From NCBI GenBank assembly GCA_903892035.1, contig CAITGV010000002.1:65714-129713 (forward strand): a stretch of 64,000 nt of DNA, in the 5' to 3' direction. Every line of letters starts with the position of its first letter. The stretch's first letter is position 1. A model generated the notes under the pieces. The model was not told where the DNA came from. It did not search any database and saw nothing but the letters and a program-made list of their open reading frames with translations. Shown here piece after piece: positions 9,589 through 19,662 of this stretch. The translations under genes were made by a program, and so were the position numbers. This DNA is from an uncultured bacterium (GTDB taxonomy: Bacteria > Patescibacteriota > Minisyncoccia > Phycocordibacterales > UBA9973).

Positions 9589-10314
9589 CTAATCGATAAT
9601 TACCGCAATGTGTTCTAAAATCATTTTAACACTAGCGGAGCGGATTTGGAGGAGTTCGCGAGAGTGGGAAATTTCTTGGAAAATAAAAACATCATCTTTT
9701 GTAAATTTGTCGGGAGTTTTTTTGGAAAATAAAAATTGTTCTATTTCATTTACGAGCTCGGTGGCATTTGAGCGAAGGGGCGCGCCACTCTCGTCTTTAT
9801 CGTGAGATTTAACTATTTTTGTAATTTCCAAAAGTCTATCGGCTTTTTTTAAATTCAAAAAATTTACAGCTTGAAGAAAATTATCTTTTACAAAGGGCTC
9901 CCCTTTGTAATTTTCTTTTCTGGCAACGTTTGCACGAGAAATTATCGTATCTGCGACACTACCAAGCGAATTTACAATAAGAAAGAAATGAATATCTTGT
10001 TCTGGCTCTTCAAACATTTTCAAAAGCGCTTGTTCAGCTTCGCGAGTAAATGCTTCTGCACTAAAAATAAAAATTCTAGGATATTCTCCAAATGATTTTT
10101 GATTTTGACGTGAACGAAAAAGTTTTCCTTCATCAACGGTAAAGGACTCATAATGCTCCACAGTTAAATCTGGATTTCCAGCGGTAGGTATTCCCCTATT
10201 TTCTAAACATTTTAAAAGCTCTGGTTCAATATCCTCTTTTTTTCCTTCAATAATATAAAAATGATGCAGGGGTAATTTTTTGTCTGAAAGTGTTTTAAAA
10301 AAATTTTGCATCAA
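9589..10314 (-). CDS. holB: DNA polymerase III delta-prime-like clamp-loader subunit (degenerate P-loop)
   Basis: LLKMFEEP...FFLIVNSLGSVADTIISR matches the LLKTLEEPP...TIRSRC sensor region of HolB; no Walker A. Confidence 0.6.
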   Translation of the reverse strand: MMQNFFKTLSDKKLPLHHFYIIEGKKEDIEPELLKCLENRGIPTAGNPDLTVEHYESFTVDEGKLFRSRQNQKSFGEYPRIFIFSAEAFTREAEQALLKMFEEPEQDIHFFLIVNSLGSVADTIISRANVARKENYKGEPFVKDNFLQAVNFLNLKKADRLLEITKIVKSHDKDESGAPLRSNATELVNEIEQFLFSKKTPDKFTKDDVFIFQEISHSRELLQIRSASVKMILEHIAVIID

Positions 10315-10326
10315 AATATTATAACA

Positions 10327-11367
10327 CTAGCGCTTACTTATAATAGCTTTTTTATAGACATCGAGGTGGTTTAATGCAACTCCAGTTCCTTTTACGACAC
10401 AATATAGTGAGTCCTCGGCAAGACGAGCTTTCACACCAGTTTTACGAAAAACCAATTCTGGAAAACCACGAAGTTGTGATGTTCCGCCAGTCATCGTAAT
10501 ACCTTGATCAATAATGTCGGCAGCAAGCTCTGGTGGAGTATCTGCAAGAACGTCTTTGATAGCTTTTATCATTTGCTTCAATTCTTTATCAATTGCTTTA
10601 ACAATTTCATTTGTTGAAACTTGAGCTTGACGAGGAAGCCCTTGCACAAAGTCTCGTCCTTTTATTGTCGCCGTAATTTCTTCGTCGAGTGGAATAGCTG
10701 CGCCAATTTTCATTTTCACAAATTCTGCTGTCTTGTCACCAATTGCTAAGTTGAAAGTTTTTTTAATGTAATCTGCAATTGCTGCATCAATTTTATCTCC
10801 TGCACATTTTACAGATGTCGAAGAAACAATTCCTCCAAGGGAAATTACAGCAACGTCTGTCGTACCTCCACCGATGTCAACAATCATATGTCCATGCGGT
10901 TCCTGAATTGGAATTCCCGCACCAATAGCTGCAAGAATTGGTTCTTTGACTACGTAAGCATTACGAGCACCAGCGCGTATTGCAGCTTCAACTACAGCGC
11001 GACGCTCAGTTGAAGTGACACCTGCGGGCACCGAAACCATTACATCTGGTTTAAATAAATTCCATTTTCCCAAAGCTTTGCGGATAAAATATCGGAGCAT
11101 TGCTTCGGTGATTCTATAATCTGCAATTACACCGTCTTTCATTGGACGATAAGCAATAATACTATCAGGTGTGCGGCCAACCATTTCTTTTGCTTCAATG
11201 CCAATTGCCAATACTTTATTATCAATTTCAGAAACTGCAACGACAGATGGTTCATTTAAAACAATTCCTTTACCCGGCACAAAAACTAGCGTATTTGCTG
11301 TTCCTAGGTCGATACCCAATTTTTTCGAGAAAAAACTCATATGCGCAAATATAGCACAGAAAAACAT
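10327..11367 (-). CDS. mreB: rod shape-determining protein MreB
   Basis: LGIDLGTANTLV phosphate-1 motif and actin-fold motifs; true start may be the internal Met about 9 codons in. Confidence 0.9.
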   Translation of the reverse strand: MFFCAIFAHMSFFSKKLGIDLGTANTLVFVPGKGIVLNEPSVVAVSEIDNKVLAIGIEAKEMVGRTPDSIIAYRPMKDGVIADYRITEAMLRYFIRKALGKWNLFKPDVMVSVPAGVTSTERRAVVEAAIRAGARNAYVVKEPILAAIGAGIPIQEPHGHMIVDIGGGTTDVAVISLGGIVSSTSVKCAGDKIDAAIADYIKKTFNLAIGDKTAEFVKMKIGAAIPLDEEITATIKGRDFVQGLPRQAQVSTNEIVKAIDKELKQMIKAIKDVLADTPPELAADIIDQGITMTGGTSQLRGFPELVFRKTGVKARLAEDSLYCVVKGTGVALNHLDVYKKAIISKR

Positions 11368-11381
11368 TCAGAGGAAGTCAT

Positions 11382-11432
11382 ATAAATTTGGCGACTAAGT
11401 CCCCAAATGGTGGACTTAGTCGCCAAATTTAT
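11382..11432. repeat. perfect 21-bp inverted repeat (ataaatttggcgactaagtcc-N9-ggacttagtcgccaaatttat) in mreB/priA divergent intergenic region
   Basis: Arms are exact reverse complements, checked base by base; lies between divergent starts at 11367 and 11457. Confidence 0.85.
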
Positions 11433-11456
11433 GTGACTTTATGCTAGTCTATATAT

Positions 11457-13424
11457 ATGAAGATAGTTACAGTCCTCCCAATTACAAAATCCCCAGGTGG
11501 CGATGAGCTCACATATTTCACCTCGCTTCCCGTTGAGGTTGGAAAGCTGGTTGGAATGCCTATCGGAAAAAGAACAGAGCACGGCATCGTGATGGCTGTA
11601 GCTGATGTTGGTGATATTAAATCAGAAATCAAAGACGCAGATTTTAATTTAAGAAAAATTCAAAGTGTTCACGGTAAAGCTTTTTTTTCAAAAAGTTTCC
11701 TTATCGCTTGTGAAAAGTCTGCAAAATATTTTCTTGGAAGCACAGGCCAAGTAGTATCTGCGCTAGTACCAGCGGTATTTATGAGAAATTGTGAAAAAAT
11801 TATTGAGTTAAATGAGGATGCTGTTGAATATACAGAAAATTTAAATAAAAATAATCAAAAATTAATTATTCAAGATGCTGATGAGGATCGCTTTTCTTTT
11901 TATCGATCTCTTATTCGTGAAGGTTTTGCGCAAAAAAAATCAATTTTTGTATGCTTACCAACCATCGCAGATATAAATTATTTTTCTGAAAAACTAACTA
12001 AGGGTATTGAAGATTATTCATACATTTTTCATAGTGAAATTTCAGAAAAAGAGATCTTGAAACGCTATGCAAAATTAAAAAATGAAAATCACCCATATAT
12101 CATTATTTCTACGGGTCAATATTTCCACTTAATTACCAATAATATTTCAACAATTATTCTCGACTGTGAAAATAGCGATGAATATAAATTATTTTCTCGA
12201 CCACATATAGATGTGCGTGTTTTTGCAGAATTATTTTCAGGAGAAGCTAAAATTAAATTGATACTGGGCGACAGATTGCTTCGACCAGAAACAATTGCGC
12301 GACTCAAAAATGGAGAATTTAGCGATGCCCTTCCACCATCATTTCGTCTAACAAAACCAGACAAAGTAAAGCTTGTGGATATGAATAAGATGCCTGTGGA
12401 CGAAAAAAATTCAATATTAGATACAGATTTTATTTTTTCAACAGAATCAAAAGAAATGATTACAAAGCAAATTTTAAAAGGTGATAATGTTTTCCTTTTT
12501 ACACTTAGAAAAGGTCTAGCTCCTGTGACAGTTTGCGGTCATTGCGGAAATACTCTTAAATGTGAAAAATGTGGCCATCTCTTTGCTTTATACAATTTAA
12601 AAAAAGCTGACGGTGAACCAGCTCGACTTTTTATTTGTAATTTCTGTAAAGAAAAAAAACCTTCCGACACTTCTTGCGAAAAATGCGGAAGTTGGAATAT
12701 GCAAACATTAGGCATTGGAACAGATCTTGTCACAGAAAAAGTTAAAGAAATATTCAATTTACCTGATGAAAATATTTTTCAAATTGATAAAACAGTAGCG
12801 AAGACTTCTGTGCAAGCTCGAAAAATTGCTGAAAATTTTTATAAAACAAAAGGCTCTATTATGGTTGGAACTGAGATGGCTCTTCGATATTTAAAACAAC
12901 CAATTCAAAACTCTGTCATTCTTTCTCTTGATACATTGTTTGGAGTACCAAGTTTTGCTTCTGGAAATCAAATGCTTTGCCTTGTTTCTGATATGCTTTC
13001 AATTACGGAAAAAAATTTTATTGCTCAGACGAGAAATTCAGATTCTCTAGTTTGGGAATGTTTGCGTGGCGGAAGTGCCATGCGTTTTTATGATGAAGAG
13101 TTGAAGGAAAGGAAAATTTTCAACTATCCGCCATTTTCTACACTTATTAAAATTACGCATGCAGGGAAAAAAGATCAAGCAAATGAAGCTCGTCAGAAAC
13201 TGACTGATTTATTTAAAGATTATAATCCAGACCTCGTAAACGGTTTTATGAATATTTCTGGCGGACTTTACACTACAAAACTTATAATGAAAATAAAACG
13301 CTCCGACTGGTCCCTTCCCGAAATTCACCCTTCTGGTTCTCTTTCCCCCACCCTTTCCCAAAAACTTCGTTCCCTTACTCCAAATTTTGATATAAATATT
13401 GAACCCGTAGAAATAATCAGATAA
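11457..13424 (+). CDS. priA: primosomal protein N' (PriA)-like, helicase motifs degenerate
   Basis: PriA N-terminal 3'-binding domain and Cys-rich zinc finger CGHCGN...CEKCGH...CNFC...CEKCG. Walker A (QDADEDRFS in place of GVTGSGKT) and DExH (DCEN) lost. Confidence 0.7.
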   Translation: MKIVTVLPITKSPGGDELTYFTSLPVEVGKLVGMPIGKRTEHGIVMAVADVGDIKSEIKDADFNLRKIQSVHGKAFFSKSFLIACEKSAKYFLGSTGQVVSALVPAVFMRNCEKIIELNEDAVEYTENLNKNNQKLIIQDADEDRFSFYRSLIREGFAQKKSIFVCLPTIADINYFSEKLTKGIEDYSYIFHSEISEKEILKRYAKLKNENHPYIIISTGQYFHLITNNISTIILDCENSDEYKLFSRPHIDVRVFAELFSGEAKIKLILGDRLLRPETIARLKNGEFSDALPPSFRLTKPDKVKLVDMNKMPVDEKNSILDTDFIFSTESKEMITKQILKGDNVFLFTLRKGLAPVTVCGHCGNTLKCEKCGHLFALYNLKKADGEPARLFICNFCKEKKPSDTSCEKCGSWNMQTLGIGTDLVTEKVKEIFNLPDENIFQIDKTVAKTSVQARKIAENFYKTKGSIMVGTEMALRYLKQPIQNSVILSLDTLFGVPSFASGNQMLCLVSDMLSITEKNFIAQTRNSDSLVWECLRGGSAMRFYDEELKERKIFNYPPFSTLIKITHAGKKDQANEARQKLTDLFKDYNPDLVNGFMNISGGLYTTKLIMKIKRSDWSLPEIHPSGSLSPTLSQKLRSLTPNFDINIEPVEIIR

Positions 13425-13425
13425 T

Positions 13426-13459
13426 TCCCTCTCCTTTACAAGGAGAGGGCTAGGGAGAG
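13426..13459. repeat. GC-rich hairpin repeat family R4, copy a (ccctctcctt-tac-aaggagaggg + ctagggagagg)
   Basis: 10-bp perfect stem directly after priA stop; about 85% identical to the inverse copy inside tsaD at 38512..38544. Confidence 0.7.
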
Positions 13460-13508
13460 GTTCTCGCATTTGCGTTTCTAAAAAGAAAGTGGTATTATCT
13501 TTTTACAT

Positions 13509-13760
13509 ATGCCAAAAGTACACATTGAAGTAAAAAAGGGTCCAAATGAAAACAACGTCACATTGTTGCGTCGTTTTTCTCGCAAAGTGCAAGATACAAG
13601 AATGATTCCAAAGGTTAAAGGTGCTCGTTACAATGAACGCGCAAAATCAAAATTAACTACAAAGAAAGGTGCTCTAAAGCGTCTTGCTCGCTGGAAAGAT
13701 AACGAGAAATTACGAAAACTTGGAAAAGTAATCGAACGCAAGAAAGGCGGACGACGCTAA
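13509..13760 (+). CDS. rpsU: 30S ribosomal protein bS21
   Basis: MPKVHIEVKKGPNENNVTLLRRFSRKVQ...basic C-terminal tail; typical S21. Confidence 0.85.
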   Translation: MPKVHIEVKKGPNENNVTLLRRFSRKVQDTRMIPKVKGARYNERAKSKLTTKKGALKRLARWKDNEKLRKLGKVIERKKGGRR

Positions 13761-13782
13761 ATTAACATATGCAGAATAAGAG

Positions 13783-13833
13783 AAATCTTCGCGCTTTACC
13801 CTCTCTACGGGGGCTCCGACACGACTCTGATTT
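13783..13833. repeat. GC-rich repeat family R3, copy a (aaatcttcgcgctttaccctctctacgggggctccgacacgactc + t/a gattt)
   Basis: 45 nt identical to 54604..54648; short terminal inverted ends aaatc/gattt; intergenic between rpsU and ybeY. Confidence 0.8.
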
Positions 13834-13906
13834 ATCTCATTCTGCTCCTACTATCAGCATAATAAGAGAAACAAAAGGCGAGCTTCCTAGCTTGCCTTTT
13901 GCCTAT

Positions 13907-14224
13907 ATGAAGGACACAATATTGGGCAAAAAATACGAATTGTCAGTTGCTTTTATAGGTGAAAAAAAATCTCATGAAATAAATTTTAAACTTCGTGGAA
14001 AAGATAAACCGACAAATATTCTTTCATTTCCCCTATCAAAAAATTCTGGTGAAATTTTAATCAGTCTTTCGACTGCAAAAAAAGATGCAAAAAATTTCGA
14101 CAAAAAACCAGCAGATTTTCTCGGTTTTCTGTTTATCCACGGTTTACTGCATTTGAAAGGAATGCAACATGGTAGTACAATGGAGAAGGCAGAGAAAAAG
14201 TTTTGCAAAAAATTTGGTTTTTAA
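13907..14224 (+). CDS. ybeY: rRNA maturation endoribonuclease YbeY
   Basis: TNILSFP and HGLLHLKGMQH zinc-binding H3 motif. ORF track starts at 13769, but those 46 codons are the R3 repeat and poorly protein-like; Met at 13907 (MKDTILGKKYEL) preferred. Confidence 0.8.
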   Translation: MKDTILGKKYELSVAFIGEKKSHEINFKLRGKDKPTNILSFPLSKNSGEILISLSTAKKDAKNFDKKPADFLGFLFIHGLLHLKGMQHGSTMEKAEKKFCKKFGF

Positions 14225-14248
14225 TTTTCTCTCTAAAAAATAATTATT

Positions 14249-15409
14249 ATGATACGCAACATTTCAGTAGGAATAGATATTGGAACGCACTCGACACGTG
14301 TGGTCGTCGCTGAGTACAGCAAGGACGACACAGTACCTACTATCATCGGATCTGGTCACGCTGAATCAAAAGGCATTCACCACGGCTATGTTGTAAATAT
14401 GGTTGAGACAGTAAAGAGTTTAAAAAAGGCAATTACTGAAGCTGAAAAAGCATCTGGTATAAAAATCAAAAGAGCATTTGTTTCAATTGGTGGAATAAGT
14501 CTTTCTTCCGAAATTGGTATCGGTAGTGCAATTATTTCAAAAGCGGATGGTGAAGTTACAAATTTTGATATTGCGAAAGCTTTTACAGATAGTGAAGAAG
14601 GTTTGGAAATTATGAATCGGAAAGTTCTTCATATGATTCCTGTTGCATATAAACTTGATGGCAAAGAAATTCATGGAAAACCAGAAGGTATGCGAGGTGT
14701 AAAACTTGAAACAAAATGCCTTTTTGTCACTTGCCTTACCCAGCACCTCGACGACCTCGTAATGGCAGTCACAGAAGCTGGTATTGATGTTATCGATGTC
14801 GTCGCTTCCCCTATTGCTGTTGCAAATGTGACTCTCACTGACCGCCAAAAAAGTGCTGGCTGTGTGCTTGCTGACATTGGAGCTGAGACAGTATCGATCG
14901 GAGTATTTGAAAATGGCATGATGGTGTCGCTACGTGTATTTCCTATCGGTGGAGTAAATATTACAAACGATATTGCTCTTGGTTTAAAAATTCCCCTCGA
15001 TGAAGCAGAAGGTGTGAAGATCGGTAGTATTCTTGGAAATTATCCAAAGAAAAAACTTGACGAAGTTATCGAAGCAAGACTTTCAGATATTTTTGAATTA
15101 ATTGATAGTCATTTAAAAAAAATAAAAAGAAGCGAACTTTTACCAGCTGGAATAATTATTATTGGTGGTGGAGGAAATATTCCACTCATTGAAGAAATGG
15201 CAAAAGATTATTTACGTCTTCCAGCGCGAATTGGAAGTCCACTTCCTTTTCTTTCAGCAAAAAATAAGCCGAGAGATTTTTCTTGGTACAGCGCTTGTGG
15301 ACTTTGCATGATGAACAAAGAAGGATATACAGAAGGTAGTTCTATTTCAGAAGTTACAAAAGAAATTAAGAAATTTTTTGGCTCAATTGGCAGACAATTG
15401 CTACCATAG
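14249..15409 (+). CDS. ftsA: cell division protein FtsA
   Basis: Actin-like ATPase: GIDIGTHSTRVVV, FVSIGG, IIIGGGG motifs; next to ftsZ. Confidence 0.9.
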   Translation: MIRNISVGIDIGTHSTRVVVAEYSKDDTVPTIIGSGHAESKGIHHGYVVNMVETVKSLKKAITEAEKASGIKIKRAFVSIGGISLSSEIGIGSAIISKADGEVTNFDIAKAFTDSEEGLEIMNRKVLHMIPVAYKLDGKEIHGKPEGMRGVKLETKCLFVTCLTQHLDDLVMAVTEAGIDVIDVVASPIAVANVTLTDRQKSAGCVLADIGAETVSIGVFENGMMVSLRVFPIGGVNITNDIALGLKIPLDEAEGVKIGSILGNYPKKKLDEVIEARLSDIFELIDSHLKKIKRSELLPAGIIIIGGGGNIPLIEEMAKDYLRLPARIGSPLPFLSAKNKPRDFSWYSACGLCMMNKEGYTEGSSISEVTKEIKKFFGSIGRQLLP

Positions 15410-15481
15410 ACATTTCTTTTTATTCTGCTAGTATAGGTATATTAGTCATAATCACAATTCGCTTAAAGCGAGAACACATAT

Positions 15482-16672
15482 ATGCCAAAAGTAAATCCAG
15501 AAATCGAAACATTTGCCAGAATTAAAGTCATCGGTGTTGGTGGCTCTGGAAAAAACGCCTTAAACCATATGATTAATTCTAAGGTTAAGGGTGTTGAATT
15601 TATCAGTATGAATACTGATACTCAAGATCTTCACAACTCTCTAGCTGACAAAAAAATTCACATTGGAAAGAATCTTACAAAGGGTCTAGGTGCTGGAATG
15701 AATCCAGATGTGGGTAAACGTGCAGCTGAAGAAACTAAATCAGAAATCCAAGATATGCTAAAAGGTTCAGACATGGTCTTTATTGCTTGTGGAATGGGTG
15801 GAGGAACAGGCACAGGCGCAGCTCCAATTGTGGCTCGTGCTGCAAAAGAACAAGGTGTCCTCACAGTAGCTGTAGTTACAAAACCTTTTTCATTTGAAGG
15901 AAACCAAAGAATGCGTTTAGCAGAAAAAGGTCTTGAGGAACTCGCTGCTGAAGTTGATGCTATTTTGGTAATTCCAAACGATCGCATTCTTCTAACAGCA
16001 CCAAAAGACACGGGCTTCAAACAAGCATTCGCAATGTGTGATGAAGTTTTGCGACAAGCTGTCGAAGGAATTTCAGATTTGATTACAACTCCTGGAATCA
16101 TCAACGTCGACTTTGCTGACATAAAAGCTGTAATGGCAAATGCTGGTAGCGCACTTATGGGTGTTGGAAATGCATCTGGTGAAGCTCGCGCAGAACAAGC
16201 AGCAGTAATGGCAATCAATTCCCCACTTCTTGACCTTTCAATCAACGGTGCAAAAGGAGTTCTATTTGCAATCGCTGGTGGTGAAGATCTTACTATCCAA
16301 GAAATTGATGCTGCTTCAAAAATTATTACGGAATCAATCGACAAAGATGCAAAAGTTATTTTTGGAACAATTCGTGACGATCGTTTGAAGAAAGGTGAAA
16401 TTAAAATTACAGTTATTGCAACTGGTTTTCCTATCGATACATCAAAACGTTCACTTTTCCAGAGCCAAGCATCATCACTAAAAATTGAAGCCCCTGTATC
16501 ATCACCTAGTCCAGTTCAAGTTCGTGAAGAAAGAAAAATGCCAGAAACTCCAATGCCTTCAATGGACTTTATAAAGAAGCCTGAGATAAAAATAGACACA
16601 GAAGAAATTATTATCGATGACAACGACGACTGGAGTGCTGTTCCTGCATTTTTAAGAAGAAATAAAAAATAA
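15482..16672 (+). CDS. ftsZ: cell division protein FtsZ
   Basis: GVGGSGKNA and tubulin signature GGGTGTGAAP. Confidence 0.95.
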   Translation: MPKVNPEIETFARIKVIGVGGSGKNALNHMINSKVKGVEFISMNTDTQDLHNSLADKKIHIGKNLTKGLGAGMNPDVGKRAAEETKSEIQDMLKGSDMVFIACGMGGGTGTGAAPIVARAAKEQGVLTVAVVTKPFSFEGNQRMRLAEKGLEELAAEVDAILVIPNDRILLTAPKDTGFKQAFAMCDEVLRQAVEGISDLITTPGIINVDFADIKAVMANAGSALMGVGNASGEARAEQAAVMAINSPLLDLSINGAKGVLFAIAGGEDLTIQEIDAASKIITESIDKDAKVIFGTIRDDRLKKGEIKITVIATGFPIDTSKRSLFQSQASSLKIEAPVSSPSPVQVREERKMPETPMPSMDFIKKPEIKIDTEEIIIDDNDDWSAVPAFLRRNKK

Positions 16673-17602
16673 TTGATGTACGATTTAATTATCATTGGCG
16701 GGGGTCCCGCCGGAGTTGCTGCCTCTGTATATGCGGCAAGAAAGCGTCTAAAAACGCTTTTCTTGACTGTGGAATTTGGAGGTCAATCGACAGTATCAGA
16801 AACTATTTTCAACTGGATTGGAACTCCTGAAATTGGTGGTGCAGAACTTGGATCAAATTTAAAAAAACATGCAGAATACTACAAAGGTGAATATTTAGAT
16901 ATTCACGAAGGATATAAAGTTACAAAATTAGAAAAAGTTCGTAACACGATTAAAGCAACTACTGAAGATGGAAAAAACTGGGAAGGAAAAACTGCTCTAA
17001 TTGCAAGTGGTTCTGGACGCAGAAAACTGCAAGCTTTAAATGCCGATGTTTATGAAAATAAAGGCATCACCTACTGCGCATCCTGCGACGGTCCTCTTTT
17101 TGCTGACCAAGATGTCGTAGTTATTGGTGGTGGAAATGCTGCATTTGAAAGTGCTGCTCAACTTTTAGCGTATTGTAAAAGTGTAACATTGCTTCACAGA
17201 AGCGACTCATTTAAAGCTGATGAAATTACTGTTGAAAAAGTTTTAGCAAATTCTAAAATGAAAGCAATAAAAAATGTTGAAGTTTTAGAAGTGAAAGGTG
17301 ACAAGTTTGTAAATGCTATTGTTTACAAAGATAGAACTTCAGGAGAAATTACAGAACTTCCAACAACCGGTATTTTCGTGGAGATTGGTCAAATTCCAAA
17401 TACAGATTTTATAAAAGGTACTATCGAGCTAGATGCATTTGGCAAAATTCCCGTCGACCCTCGCACTCAAATGACAAAAATTCCTGGCATCTGGTCTGCA
17501 GGCGACTGCACTGATGGCAAATATCACCAAAACAATATCGCCACCGGCGACGCCGTCAAAGCCCTCGAAGATTTATATATCTATATTCATCAGAATAGTT
17601 AA
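16673..17602 (+). CDS. trxB: thioredoxin reductase / AhpF-like pyridine nucleotide-disulfide oxidoreductase
   Basis: FAD motif IIIGGGPAG, redox CASCDG, NAD motif VVVIGGGNAA, GDCTD. Confidence 0.8.
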   Translation: MMYDLIIIGGGPAGVAASVYAARKRLKTLFLTVEFGGQSTVSETIFNWIGTPEIGGAELGSNLKKHAEYYKGEYLDIHEGYKVTKLEKVRNTIKATTEDGKNWEGKTALIASGSGRRKLQALNADVYENKGITYCASCDGPLFADQDVVVIGGGNAAFESAAQLLAYCKSVTLLHRSDSFKADEITVEKVLANSKMKAIKNVEVLEVKGDKFVNAIVYKDRTSGEITELPTTGIFVEIGQIPNTDFIKGTIELDAFGKIPVDPRTQMTKIPGIWSAGDCTDGKYHQNNIATGDAVKALEDLYIYIHQNS

Positions 17603-17616
17603 CTTTTTTCTCAAAT

Positions 17617-18564
17617 TTACACTACTACTTCAGTAGTGTTTTTTGTTTCGTCTTTACTACGTAGATATGAAAGGCCTAGGATTGAAGCTAGGAGGACCAA
17701 CATGCCGATGATTTGAGAGAAAGTGAGAACTCCACCGATGAAGATGCGGTTGATGATGAGCGAAGCAAATACGAAGCCGAGCTCGGCGATAGTTGCAACA
17801 GAAGCTTTTGTGGTCGTAAGACCTTTGTAATAAATAAGAAGTGAGAAAAATCCAGACACCAAAGCAATAATTACTAGGAAAAGCCAATCGTGAGAAGTAA
17901 TTTTTGTGAGCTTTGGTAAATTATTTTGAAAAATATTTAAGATTAAAAGAAATATTGCGCCGACACAAAAGCGAAGTGCTGTGAGAGCTTTGAAGGTCAC
18001 TTTTGCTTTATTCAATACATATTTACCAAAGACTGTCGCCGCACCCCAAAGAATTGCTGCGATGAGAGACAAAGAAACTCCAATAAAGTTTGGATTGAAA
18101 ACTTCTCCGACATAAACTCTTGGAATCAAATCTGGGAAAGAAATTACATATGCTCCCGCAAGAGCCACACAAGCAAAAATCCAAAATTTCTTTGTAAGTT
18201 TTTCTGAAAGTAAAAAACCAGCGAGAAGAATTGCAACTATCGGCTGAAGTTTTTGAAGTAAAATTGCAACTGAAGGATTTACATAATGAAATGCTTGAGT
18301 AAAAGCAATTGAAGCAAGAGCAGAACCACCGACGCCAATCGCGACTACAGCGAGCCACTCCATTTTTGATAAAGTTTTAATATATTTCCAATTCCAAATT
18401 AAAATTGGTAGAGCAAAAAGTAAATTTATTGCATGCTCAATAAAAACTATTAAATTACTAGGTAAATCTAAAACTAATTGAGAACGAAAAGGTGCATCTG
18501 TCGCCCACAAAATCGTCGCAAAGAAAATCATCCACGTCCCATAATTTAAAAATTTATTTTTCAT
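17617..18564 (-). CDS. EamA/DMT family transporter
   Basis: 10-TM duplicated EamA-type hydrophobic profile. Confidence 0.7.
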   Translation of the reverse strand: MKNKFLNYGTWMIFFATILWATDAPFRSQLVLDLPSNLIVFIEHAINLLFALPILIWNWKYIKTLSKMEWLAVVAIGVGGSALASIAFTQAFHYVNPSVAILLQKLQPIVAILLAGFLLSEKLTKKFWIFACVALAGAYVISFPDLIPRVYVGEVFNPNFIGVSLSLIAAILWGAATVFGKYVLNKAKVTFKALTALRFCVGAIFLLILNIFQNNLPKLTKITSHDWLFLVIIALVSGFFSLLIYYKGLTTTKASVATIAELGFVFASLIINRIFIGGVLTFSQIIGMLVLLASILGLSYLRSKDETKNTTEVVV

Positions 18565-18925
18565 TAAATGATTGTATCAAATTAATATCTTTTGTAATAG
18601 CACTTATTAGATCTGCTTCATTTTTGTGTTTTTTAAATGGTCGCAGATATTTTTTAAGTGTCAAAATGATTTTTTTACCATACAAATTTCCTGAAAAATT
18701 TATCAAATGTGCTTCAATTTTCGGAAGTCCTTTATTATCAATTGGCCCCACCACAATACCCGCTTTCCACTCCCCCTTTTTACCTTCTATTTTGACCGTG
18801 CCAGCATAAATGCCAAGCTTTGTGCCTTTCGTACGAGAATATTGCTTACGATCGATATTGGCCGTCGGAAAGCCTATTTTACGCCCATATCCAACACCTT
18901 TTACGACTTTGCCTGTGATTATCAT
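18554..18925 (-). CDS. riboflavin kinase (RibF C-terminal-domain type)
   Basis: GFPTANI motif and 123-aa flavokinase fold. Confidence 0.8.
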   Translation of the reverse strand: MIITGKVVKGVGYGRKIGFPTANIDRKQYSRTKGTKLGIYAGTVKIEGKKGEWKAGIVVGPIDNKGLPKIEAHLINFSGNLYGKKIILTLKKYLRPFKKHKNEADLISAITKDINLIQSFNEK

Positions 18926-19662
18926 AGATTTTCCAATAATTCCAAATTCTCTCGTGTATTCACCCCTAGAGCTTCCTTTGGATCAATTGCAACAGAACCA
19001 ATTTTCACTCCTTCACTACATGCCGCACCAATAAGATCAGTAAGATAGTATTCGCTTTGATTATTTTCATTTCTTATTTTATGTAAATTTGGCCACAACC
19101 ATTTTGCTTTAAAAACTAAATAACAAGGATTTACTTCTGTAATATTTTTTTGTTCATCTGTGGCATCTTTTACTTCAACTGTGCGTAAAATTTTTCCACT
19201 TTCATCTCGTAATACTCTCGAAAAACCTACAAAACATTTTCTCCAGTCATTAAAATCTGGTAGTGGCACTGTCGCCATTGTCATTTCATTTCCTTCTGAT
19301 AGATGAGTTTCGGCCATTTTTTTAATTGTCTCGACAGATGTGTATGGTTGGTCGCCATAAAGAACTAAAATATTATCTGCATTATCTTTTAAAATTTTTT
19401 CTGTCGAAAGTACTGCGTGTCCTGTACCTAGTTGCTCATCTTGAATTACGTAAATATATTTTTCCCCCAAAGCCTTCATAACCATTTCTTTTTTCTGTCC
19501 AACGACGATGACTGGCGTCTCACAAACACCAGAAGCTTCGACAGATTCCAATAAATGACCAATTAGAGTTTTACCTTTTAGGGGTTGAAGTACCTTTGGA
19601 ATGTCAGATTGCATCCTTTTTCCATGCCCCGCTGCCAAAATTACTATTTGTACTTTTTCCAT
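18922..19662 (-). CDS. sugar-phosphate nucleotidyltransferase (GlmU N-terminal-like)
   Basis: ILAAGHGKRM, QDEQLGTGHA, YGDQP motifs. Confidence 0.75.
   Translation of the reverse strand: MEKVQIVILAAGHGKRMQSDIPKVLQPLKGKTLIGHLLESVEASGVCETPVIVVGQKKEMVMKALGEKYIYVIQDEQLGTGHAVLSTEKILKDNADNILVLYGDQPYTSVETIKKMAETHLSEGNEMTMATVPLPDFNDWRKCFVGFSRVLRDESGKILRTVEVKDATDEQKNITEVNPCYLVFKAKWLWPNLHKIRNENNQSEYYLTDLIGAACSEGVKIGSVAIDPKEALGVNTRENLELLENL

Noticed and set aside
13769-13906. 46-codon N-terminal extension of the ybeY ORF
   Set aside because: The segment is the R3 repeat, non-protein-like (RALPSLRGLRHDSDL); canonical YbeY starts fit the Met at 13907.
15658-16344. 228-aa antisense ORF inside ftsZ, and similar long antisense ORFs inside copA, nrdJ, leuS and the beta-helix gene
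   Set aside because: These are antisense to well-supported genes with strong motifs; GC- or repeat-driven open frames.
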